64,000 nucleotides of DNA. Source: an uncultured virus (IMG/VR IMGVR_UViG_3300037357_000283). Lineage: Duplodnaviria > Heunggongvirae > Uroviricota > Caudoviricetes. Where the stretch lies: the IMG/VR virus record IMGVR_UViG_3300037357_000283; one strand, written 5' to 3'. Within the stretch, counting starts at the first letter, position 1, and the number at the start of each line of letters is the position of its first letter. Position numbers and translations under genes: made by a program. The notes beneath the pieces are model-generated. The model did not search any database. It was not told where the DNA came from and saw only the letters and a list, made by a program, of their open reading frames with translations. Positions 48,083 through 55,875 of the stretch are shown one piece after another.

Positions 48083-48541
48083 ATGTTTAGCACAGTGTTT
48101 GCGTTTTGTCGTGATTTGTTCGGGCTACTTGTCCGGACGGCTCTGGCGATTGTCGGAGTTGTGGCGATTCTCTTTATGGCGGGCACTCTGGTTATGTGCG
48201 CAAGTACGTTTTTTCTGCGTGCATTTACTTTTTCGTTCGCCGCCGTGCCGTGGCCGTTGGTCAGTTTGGGTAGTATCTTGATCGGAGTTGGCTGGGCAGT
48301 TGGGCTAAGTACCCGCCAACAGACGATTCATTTGGGCGCGGGCCGCTTGGTCCATTTTATGGATCGATTGCTGAATCCTCGCCGCTACTACCGGGTTGAC
48401 CAGATTTGGCGACTGTATTACGAGGAACGCATCAAGCAGTTTCGGCGGCAACCACAACCACGGCCGCAACCACAAATAAATGTAGACGCCGATGCCGATG
48501 ATCGCGCAACTGCTGAGGAGAGTATCGGTCGCCGTATTTAA
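48083..48541 (+). CDS. Membrane protein
   Basis: RBS GGAGG; two hydrophobic segments. Confidence 0.6.
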   Translation: MFSTVFAFCRDLFGLLVRTALAIVGVVAILFMAGTLVMCASTFFLRAFTFSFAAVPWPLVSLGSILIGVGWAVGLSTRQQTIHLGAGRLVHFMDRLLNPRRYYRVDQIWRLYYEERIKQFRRQPQPRPQPQINVDADADDRATAEESIGRRI

Positions 48542-48668
48542 TCGCTTGTGTTCTCCAAGGAGGGGCGGGTGTCCATTCTGGCCCCGCCCCTTTTTTATTT
48601 GCTGTAGGGATTTTCCTACAAACCGCGGAGCCTGCGGCGGTGCTTATCGCAGGCATTAGGGAGTTGGC

Positions 48669-48884
48669 ATGTCCTCTGGTAAAAAGCAGCAGCGTGATGA
48701 TTTTACAATTTGTGGTACACCAACCCGGGCGGAAGTTTTCGTCCGTGGGCGACGCGTAGCGGTCTGTTGTCCTCCGCCAACCGGAGCGATCAAAAGCCCG
48801 TTGATGCGGGAGTTCTTTGAGCAGCTGTATGGGGGTGGACGCGACGTTAGAAAACTAGCTCACCGGGTCGCCAGTAGCGACTGA
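48669..48884 (+). CDS. Hypothetical protein
   Basis: RBS GGGAG; followed by a hairpin. Confidence 0.5.
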   Translation: MSSGKKQQRDDFTICGTPTRAEVFVRGRRVAVCCPPPTGAIKSPLMREFFEQLYGGGRDVRKLAHRVASSD

Positions 48885-48941
48885 TTGTTAAGGGTGCGAA
48901 CGCAGTTGCGTTCGCACCCTTTGTTTTAACACTGGAGAAGC

Positions 48942-49496
48942 ATGAAAAGTACACCAGGGCAACGTTGGCAGGTTCTGTTGGGGGCGTTATTCGTACTGAC
49001 GGATCGCGGGATTCGACAGCTTCGCAATGGACTACAAGACCAGCGCGAGTATTTGGTTAAGCGGAAGTGCGATGTCCAGATGCACTTGTATAATCTCGAG
49101 ACGATTCGTCTCGATGCTTTGGATCTCGAGAAAGAGGTGCTGGCGGCGCGGCAGTTCAAGTTCATTTTTTTAGCGGAACTCAAAGTTCTGCTGGAGGAAA
49201 CGATTAAGGAATGCCAACAGATTCCGCTTAAAAGCGGGAAAATGCTGAATTATCTCTGTCAGCGATATCTCTTGGATATTGCCAAGCTGAAGGCACCGGC
49301 GACAGCAACGGATGTTCCAGCGGCAGTAGAAATTCCATCAATCCGTGCCCGCAGGGGTGAGACACTGAGTATCTCACAAAAAGCAGGCAAGGCCAGCTAT
49401 CCAGCTGGTTATGTCCCGGTAAGGGACACATCGGGCCTTGATGTAGCCCAAGAACAAAACTTATCTGATCCGCAAGATCTTTGCAAGATCGGGTGA
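48942..49496 (+). CDS. Hypothetical protein; 3' part reads through antisense cassette copy 6
   Basis: RBS GGAG. Confidence 0.5.
   Translation: MKSTPGQRWQVLLGALFVLTDRGIRQLRNGLQDQREYLVKRKCDVQMHLYNLETIRLDALDLEKEVLAARQFKFIFLAELKVLLEETIKECQQIPLKSGKMLNYLCQRYLLDIAKLKAPATATDVPAAVEIPSIRARRGETLSISQKAGKASYPAGYVPVRDTSGLDVAQEQNLSDPQDLCKIG
49335..49449 (-). ncRNA. sgRNA-like cassette, copy 6
   Basis: Reverse-complement copy with the same TTGCAA-17-TAAGTT promoter as copy 2. Confidence 0.75.
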
Positions 49497-49586
49497 CAAG
49501 GCCAGCGCATTTTCGAACGTAAAATCCATCGATTGCTACAACGGGTGGCTCGTGGAAGACAAATAACAGCCTAAAAGGAACACTCC

Positions 49587-49775
49587 ATGACAAACGGCGA
49601 ATTGATTGACCGGCTTCTCAAGCTCAACAGACCAACCGGTCAAGCGTTAGTGGAAATCACCGAGCCATACGACGACGATGCACAGACGCTGGTTGAACCA
49701 ATCCAGAGCCTGCGCATCGACGAGAAAACTGGCAACATCATCCTCAGTGCCGTCTCTCATTTTACCACACACTGA
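49587..49775 (+). CDS. Hypothetical protein
   Basis: RBS AAGGA. Confidence 0.5.
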   Translation: MTNGELIDRLLKLNRPTGQALVEITEPYDDDAQTLVEPIQSLRIDEKTGNIILSAVSHFTTH

Positions 49776-49844
49776 CACTGTGAGGATTAGAACTACGAGC
49801 GAACCTACGGCTTATATCCACTCGTCACTAACTAGGAGAACGCT

Positions 49845-50273
49845 GTGGCTGATTATAAAACACTGCTCGATATGCGAAATACGTGCCGGGCTGTTAGCGC
49901 CGGCACCACTCAATGGGGGGCCGACGAACATACCAAAATCAAATGGCTGGCCGGTCAACTTTCTATCCTCGCCGGGCACCTGGCCGATCAAATGATTCCA
50001 GTATCTCCGCAGCCTCCGCAACCGCCCGCAGACGACGACCATGTTGCCAAAGGCTGCATTTCGTTTGCAAGCACGCCACCAACGTATACGGGGAATGATT
50101 CCCTGCAAAACCTATGGCCCCTGCTCGCCGATGCACTACGCTCGATGGACCGTCAAGCCTGGATGGGGCGATTGTGGGCCATCGTTAATCAGGCTCACTC
50201 ATCTGGCTTTTCCGAAGGGATGATTAGCGCCCAAAAGGCAGACGACGAGGCCCGGCCAGGAGACATCCAATAA
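49845..50273 (+). CDS. Hypothetical protein
   Basis: RBS AGGAG, GTG start. Confidence 0.55.
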   Translation: MADYKTLLDMRNTCRAVSAGTTQWGADEHTKIKWLAGQLSILAGHLADQMIPVSPQPPQPPADDDHVAKGCISFASTPPTYTGNDSLQNLWPLLADALRSMDRQAWMGRLWAIVNQAHSSGFSEGMISAQKADDEARPGDIQ

Positions 50274-50311
50274 CCAGCAAATTCGACAAGCACCAACTTA
50301 AGGAGAACTCT

Positions 50312-51549
50312 GTAAACGACCGTCGCCTTAAAGGCGATGGCTTTCAAGATCAAGATGTGTAGCTGAAACCACAACATCCCGTCGAGATTCGCAGTGGTTT
50401 ACAACACCGCCGCCTGCGATATTCAGCGCGCCGACGACATCGGCATGCATCGTACCGCAGGTTGTGCATCGAAATACGTCCCCACTCCGCGTGCCGCGCT
50501 CGCCGCACTTCGGACAGGTTTGGGACGTGTAGGCCGGATTGACGAACTCCACGGCGATTCCGGCGCGAGTGGCCTTGTAGGAAATAAAGGTTTGCAACTG
50601 GCCGAAGGACCAGCCCGACATCATCCGGTTCATGTGGCGATTCCTGATCTTGCATCGTTGACGGATATGGACGAGCTGTTCCAGGCGGATGATACCGCTG
50701 TGTGCCTTAACCGCCTCGCCGACGATGTGTTTGCTCAGGACGTGATTTTCATGATGAATGCGTCGATTCTCATAGCCGGACAGCCGGCGAAGAACCCGCT
50801 TGGCTCCAGCCGTTCCCTTGCTCTGCAAGCTGGCGCGGATGCGAGCCCGATCCTCCTTGAACTTTCGTCGCCGTTGGCCGTCATACAAAGTGCCATGGCT
50901 GGTGGCTGCGGTGTTTCTGATACCAAGATCGACGCCCATTGGCGGCCCGGTGACAGGCTCGGCGTCGGCATCCTCGACAACGATATGCGCAAACCATTGT
51001 GGACCCTTGCGAACAATCGTCGCCGCCGTAGGTTTCTTGCCGGCCAAGGCACGGCGTTGAAAATCTCCAAGCACAAGCGGAACATGGATGCGACCACCCA
51101 TGACGGTGAGCGAAACGGTTTCATCTTTCTCCCGATAATCGAAAATTCGCGCGTCGTAATCAATACTGCTTGGCCGAAACGCGACAGGATTTTGCTTCCG
51201 CTTCTTCGCGGCGGTCATCGCGCCGGCAACGCGGCGAACAGCACGGACGGCAAGGTTCGCGGACAGCTTGAACCGCTCGCGGATCATTCCGTAAGCCAAG
51301 TGGTGGAGTTTGATGTTGTTCGAGACGTTAGCAGGAACAGCAATCGCCAGTGTGGCATTGCAGGCATCGGCAAACGCCGTAGCCGTGGCCGACAGTTGCG
51401 CCGCCATTGTTGGCGTCGGGGCCATCTTGCAGCAAATAGTCCGCTTGCTCATAGTGAATATTGTATCACTACTGAAATGGCGAGTAAACCACGAAAGGCC
51501 GCTGCTTCCTCTGTCGCCTGAAGGCAACAGTCTCCGCAGCGGGAATTTT
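50312..51549 (-). mobile_element. IS200/IS605-family element (no tnpA)
   Basis: Terminal hairpins around tnpB; ends defined by identity with the mini-copy at 52210-52256. Confidence 0.8.
50328..51452 (-). CDS. tnpB: RNA-guided endonuclease TnpB
   Basis: GVDLG, LEQL, YTSQTCPKCG, HADVVGALNI; RuvC D/E/D intact. Confidence 0.9.
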   Translation of the reverse strand: MSKRTICCKMAPTPTMAAQLSATATAFADACNATLAIAVPANVSNNIKLHHLAYGMIRERFKLSANLAVRAVRRVAGAMTAAKKRKQNPVAFRPSSIDYDARIFDYREKDETVSLTVMGGRIHVPLVLGDFQRRALAGKKPTAATIVRKGPQWFAHIVVEDADAEPVTGPPMGVDLGIRNTAATSHGTLYDGQRRRKFKEDRARIRASLQSKGTAGAKRVLRRLSGYENRRIHHENHVLSKHIVGEAVKAHSGIIRLEQLVHIRQRCKIRNRHMNRMMSGWSFGQLQTFISYKATRAGIAVEFVNPAYTSQTCPKCGERGTRSGDVFRCTTCGTMHADVVGALNIAGGGVVNHCESRRDVVVSATHLDLESHRL

Positions 51550-51735
51550 ATGACTTCAATGTGGGTGATCTAGCCAACGAGGACCTGACCCCCATCAACA
51601 AATGCCTTGGCATGACCGGCATCTACATCGAAGCAGTGAACACATTCAGCATGGATACACCCGAGTCAGCTTGGGTGTTCGATACCGTGCTCGCTGACCG
51701 TGATGCGATCACTGCGAAATAGAAAGGAATCAATC

Positions 51736-52260
51736 GTGAAACAAACTATCAAACTTATTGTGCTGGACGGGGGCTCCTCACAAATCATCCGCTACTGCAA
51801 AAACCACTTCGGCCCGACCGATAAGCGTAATCGCGTTGAAGACATGCGAAAGCTAGTTGCCAACCGCAACAATGGCATTACCGAGTGGATCAATGATTAT
51901 GACATGATGCTCTCCCTCTTGGCTGTGTTGCGTGAAGTGGAGAAACTGCCCATCGAAAGCCACACGATGAGCTACTTCATGTCGGTCATCCTTTTCGGCG
52001 GTCAATATGGCCGCCCCATCCTGTCCGAGAAATATAAGGGGGCATTCCCGCATTTCGTCGATGCGGTGTACGACATCCTCGCGAGCCTCCAGATCCGACA
52101 GCCCATTCCCGACACCAATGAACTGCAAGATTTGATCGTGCTGGCCCCGCTCGATGAAGAGCTTGGCAAGGCGCTGGGGTTCGATCCTGCGATAGGAGCC
52201 ACATGCAAGGTAAACGACCGTCGCCTGAAGGCAACAGTCTCCGCAGCGGGAATTTTATGA
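51736..52260 (+). CDS. Hypothetical protein
   Basis: RBS AAGGA, GTG start; C-terminus supplied by the mini-IS. Confidence 0.55.
   Translation: MKQTIKLIVLDGGSSQIIRYCKNHFGPTDKRNRVEDMRKLVANRNNGITEWINDYDMMLSLLAVLREVEKLPIESHTMSYFMSVILFGGQYGRPILSEKYKGAFPHFVDAVYDILASLQIRQPIPDTNELQDLIVLAPLDEELGKALGFDPAIGATCKVNDRRLKATVSAAGIL
52210..52256 (-). mobile_element. 47-bp mini-IS (fused right and left ends of the 50312-51549 element)
   Basis: GTAAACGACCGTCGCCT joined to GAAGGCAACAGTCTCCGCAGCGGGAATTTT. Confidence 0.8.
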
Positions 52261-52757
52261 TCATTCCGTACGAACTGACCGACCAATGCGACCAACCCAA
52301 CGACAAGCCCACACTGCCGATCAAGATCGTCGGCAACGGCGGCCAGATCCTCATCGGATTTCAAGGGTACGGTGAGCATGGCGCGGATGTCGAACACGCT
52401 ACCCCGGTTCTGATTGAAGTGTGGGACGGCAAGCTCCGCGTCATCATCTGGTCTGACGTAAACCAGGAAGACCCGACACACACGATAGAGCTGGAGGCAG
52501 CGAGAGAGAACAACCGTCAGAACCTCGATTGGGCCGAGACACACTCTGCCGCTGCAAAGAAGCTCGTGGAAGAAAATATTTGGAATAGTTATTGGCTGTT
52601 TCCGCGTAGCGATTGGCAGTACGAGACTGCCAATGGTGATACCAGCCTCGGCTACTGGAACTGGGTTGACAACCAGATTGAAAGCCATTCCACAGATTCG
52701 ATTGAAGATCGGAGTGATCTCGAATCCCGTATGGAGACGTTCTCCGAGAACGAATAA
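52257..52757 (+). CDS. Hypothetical protein
   Basis: ORF; alternative start at 52203. Confidence 0.6.
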   Translation: MIIPYELTDQCDQPNDKPTLPIKIVGNGGQILIGFQGYGEHGADVEHATPVLIEVWDGKLRVIIWSDVNQEDPTHTIELEAARENNRQNLDWAETHSAAAKKLVEENIWNSYWLFPRSDWQYETANGDTSLGYWNWVDNQIESHSTDSIEDRSDLESRMETFSENE

Positions 52758-52774
52758 CCCGAAGTTGTGTTTTT

Positions 52775-52890
52775 GGGCTACATCAAGGCCCGATGTGTCT
52801 CCTACAGAGACATAACCAGCTGGATAGCTGGCTTTGCCTGCTTTTTGGCGAGATATTCAGTGTCTCACCCCTGCGGGCGTGGATTGATGG
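52775..52890 (+). ncRNA. sgRNA-like cassette, copy 7
   Basis: Full scaffold followed by a hairpin and T-tract. Confidence 0.75.
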
Positions 52891-52953
52891 AAAACCCGGG
52901 TCGCCCCCGGTTTTCTTTAGCGGTTAGCCGTCTGCTACAATGGACGCAGCGAT

Positions 52954-53898
52954 GTGATTGAACCTGGAGCGCCATTGGAACTCGACGTTATTGAACCCGG
53001 CATTTCCGTCAACCGCGATGGTTGCCGGATCCTCAGCCATATCAGCGCCTTCGTCGCAACTGAGGGTGTGCCCTCGGTCCTGCAATTCACCTTTCGCGAG
53101 CGACAGGGCAATCCCCTGGATTTGACCAGCCCAATTGCCGGTGATCTTGCCGGTGGGGACAGCATGGTTAGCCTTACCCTGGACACTCCACCTGATGACA
53201 CGGTGCTGTTGGCGATTCGCGAAGCGACGCTGCACATGAATCAGGGTATCCCGTTGCTGGTTGCTGGAACGTTCATCGATCGCAGCAGTGGCGTTGTCCA
53301 GGCTGGACTTCCTGCGCCTATTTATTCGCAGAGTGGGCTATACACTCTGAGCTGGGGTTATTCCCGCGACGGGAAGATTCGTGTTGCCCGCGATGCCCTG
53401 CTCAGTGTCGAGCGCTCTTTGTTTGGTTTTACGGCTCCTGGGGCGTTTCCCCACGGCACGGGCGCCCCAACCATTGCCGAGCTGCGTAATCAGCTGATCG
53501 ACAGTGATCGCGCGGATAATCTTTTGCTTAATGACGTCGAGTTCAGTGATGAACAGATTCTTTTCGCCTTACTTCGCCCGTTACAGGACTTCGAATCGGC
53601 GCCGCCGCCGATCAGTCAGCATTTTGATACGCGGAATTTTCCTTGGCGCAATGAGTGGCTCGATGCTGCCGCGGGATATCTCCTGCGCTCGGCGGCGGAC
53701 AATTACCGGCGTAACCGTTTAGCTATCGTTGGTGGCGGTAAACAGTTGGATGTCTTCAACCGCGAGCCCGAATACATGAAGGCGGCGCAGATGCGGATAC
53801 AGGAATGGAAGTCTTTTGTCGTCGGTAAGAAAGTGCAGCTAAACGCCGCAGCGTGTTTCGGCTCATTTGGTGTTGGTGGCTACGGAGGACGCTGGTGA
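52954..53898 (+). CDS. Putative head-tail adaptor/neck protein
   Basis: Position; ELR...D...NLLL...EFSDEQI helical domain. Confidence 0.5.
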   Translation: MIEPGAPLELDVIEPGISVNRDGCRILSHISAFVATEGVPSVLQFTFRERQGNPLDLTSPIAGDLAGGDSMVSLTLDTPPDDTVLLAIREATLHMNQGIPLLVAGTFIDRSSGVVQAGLPAPIYSQSGLYTLSWGYSRDGKIRVARDALLSVERSLFGFTAPGAFPHGTGAPTIAELRNQLIDSDRADNLLLNDVEFSDEQILFALLRPLQDFESAPPPISQHFDTRNFPWRNEWLDAAAGYLLRSAADNYRRNRLAIVGGGKQLDVFNREPEYMKAAQMRIQEWKSFVVGKKVQLNAAACFGSFGVGGYGGRW

Positions 53899-54776
53899 GC
53901 GACCTTTCAACGTCAGCGTGCCGTCCCTGCCCTGCGGCATGTGAGAGTGTTTTTGCGCGGGTGGTGATTTCTTATCTATTGGGCGGTCAGGGGAGCACGG
54001 TAGCCTGGACGTTGCAACCAAGTTTCACGCTCCCCCGGCCGTATGAATTTACGTTGCAAGTCAGTCAGGCAAACAACCCCAACGCGGATGATTGGGAGCC
54101 GGTTGGGCTGCCCGTTGAAAATGTGTTCACAGCGGTTGATCCAGTACAGCGCTTGTTCGGACTTAATCGCTGGTTGTTCTACCGCGTTAAGCTGGTTGCC
54201 GACGGGCAGACATTTTACTCTGATCCAACCGGACTGGAAGGAACGCTAAGCCGCTGGGATTGGAATCAAGCGCGAATGGCTATGCGGCAAGAGATTATTG
54301 CCATGAAAAATGGTGATGGTGAGCTGGGTTATCTACTCAAACGGCGGATCGCCGGCCCGCGCTGCCCGCGCTGTACGGATTCCCTGACTGGTGATGTAAC
54401 TGATGGCCGCTGCCCGATCTGTTCTGGTACGGGTTTCACCTGTGGCTATTTCTTCCCGATTGCCTGCGTCTGGGCGGACATTTCACCTAAAGCCCGTCAC
54501 CTGACGCTGGACCCCAACCGCGGCACGGTGGGTGACACGGTAGTTTCGGCGCGAATCCTTAATCCCTGGATGCTTTCGGAAGAGGATATCTTTGTCAGTA
54601 AGGTGTCTGATGACCGTTATTATATTCACCGTGTGGCTGACACTTATACGTTTCGTGGTGTTCCCATCGCTGCCAATGTTGAGCTGCGACTGGCTCCGGT
54701 CAGTGACTGTGCTTATACCTTCGTGATTCCCGAGCAGGCGTTGACACCGCTGGCAATGGCTACGATGTTGAGGTAA
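53895..54776 (+). CDS. Putative neck/head-closure protein with Zn finger
   Basis: CPRC...CPICSGTGF; position. Confidence 0.5.
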   Translation: MSDLSTSACRPCPAACESVFARVVISYLLGGQGSTVAWTLQPSFTLPRPYEFTLQVSQANNPNADDWEPVGLPVENVFTAVDPVQRLFGLNRWLFYRVKLVADGQTFYSDPTGLEGTLSRWDWNQARMAMRQEIIAMKNGDGELGYLLKRRIAGPRCPRCTDSLTGDVTDGRCPICSGTGFTCGYFFPIACVWADISPKARHLTLDPNRGTVGDTVVSARILNPWMLSEEDIFVSKVSDDRYYIHRVADTYTFRGVPIAANVELRLAPVSDCAYTFVIPEQALTPLAMATMLR

Positions 54777-54978
54777 CGATGTCTGAAGCGCCAACCCGCG
54801 ATCGACCCGAGAAACCCGACAAGCGCGATCCGCCTGTGGGGTTGCCCAAAGTGTCGCTGTTTCCGACTAAGAGTCTGTTCGCCAAGGGGCCTGCGCCAGA
54901 CGAGATCTTTACCAATTTGTTCGGCCGGCCGCCCAGCCCGACCAACGGGCGCAGCGGCGTAACCCCGAATCGTTGAAT

Positions 54979-54996
54979 TGTATTTCCGGAAATACA
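54979..54996. promoter_or_regulatory. Palindrome TGTATTT-N4-AAATACA, copy 7
   Basis: Exact arms. Confidence 0.7.
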
Positions 54997-54997
54997 A

Positions 54998-55687
54998 ATG
55001 CACGATACGCCGGAAAATACTGATTGGTGCCCCCCGACCCCGACGCCTCCGCCGGCACAGGAGCGCAAGCAGGACATCCTCTGTCCAGACTCGGCAATTG
55101 CCCATATCGGGATGAATCCTTTTCGGCTCACTGGCCTCCTGCGGCGAATTCTTACGGCGAAATTCACCGATCCCAAGAACATCGAGACGCCAGTTCTCCG
55201 TCAGCTCATTTGGAAGGATGACCCTTCGACAGGTATATTGATTGAGAGCGTTAATCGTTGGGATATGGCCCTGGCAAACAAACGACCGGCTTTGCTGATT
55301 AAGCGGAATGGTTACAAGAATTTCCGTTTCACTATCGGGGACCGGATCGGAATGGACAGTAAAACGAATGATCAGTTTGCTACCGCCTGGCTCGGCTCGC
55401 ATCAGGTTCTTTGTATTGGGCAGACCGGGGCCATGGCGGAGCTGCTAGCCAGTGAGGTCCAACGAGAGTTAACCCAGATCGCCCCGGCCGTACTTAAGGC
55501 CGTTAACCGGGGAAATTCGATTCTGGACCGGATGCAGGTCACTGGCGTCGAAGAAACCGCCATTGTTGCCGAGCAGACCGAGAATTTTGCAGTACCGGTT
55601 ACGATCGGGTTTGCGTATCAGGAAACTTGGTCCTTGAATCCACGGGCGCTGCCCTTTACCGGGACGATTTTCGAGATTTACGTATGA
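54998..55687 (+). CDS. Putative tail completion/terminator protein
   Basis: Directly upstream of the sheath gene; KRPALLIKR. Confidence 0.5.
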   Translation: MHDTPENTDWCPPTPTPPPAQERKQDILCPDSAIAHIGMNPFRLTGLLRRILTAKFTDPKNIETPVLRQLIWKDDPSTGILIESVNRWDMALANKRPALLIKRNGYKNFRFTIGDRIGMDSKTNDQFATAWLGSHQVLCIGQTGAMAELLASEVQRELTQIAPAVLKAVNRGNSILDRMQVTGVEETAIVAEQTENFAVPVTIGFAYQETWSLNPRALPFTGTIFEIYV

Positions 55688-55825
55688 AGGCGAAAATATC
55701 CATGAGTCTGGACGTAGACTTTGGTCGGGAGCGGGCAGTAAGACGCCATCAGGCGCGGCCCGCGTTGCGGAATCGTCCGCTGTGACCGCCGAATCCCACG
55801 GCCTTTAGCCGTGGGAGTGCGTCAA
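55682..55825 (+). mobile_element. Orphan TnpB omega/reRNA-like right end
   Basis: GAATCCCACGGC-CTTTA-GCCGTGGGAG...GTCAA resembles the right end at 20430-20464; no tnpB. Confidence 0.7.
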
Positions 55826-55875
55826 GTGTAGCCTGCACGAGGCAGGTCAGATAACGCGAAGTACGGAGATTTTTT

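Noticed and set aside
19201..51452. Either TnpB as the effector of the seven cassettes
   Set aside because: Each has its own IS ends and right-end RNA with no visible similarity to the cassette; not excluded, but unsupported
3522..52961. Short ORFs overlapping the cassettes (3522, 10443, 41931, 45042, 47815, 49228, 52767)
   Set aside because: Frames and lengths differ between copies while RNA stems covary, so they are non-coding
52891..52974. Copy 7 flank AAAACCCGGGTCGCCC vs next gene TGAACCTGGAGCGCCA
   Set aside because: Only 10/16 identity, and the flank also forms a terminator-like hairpin
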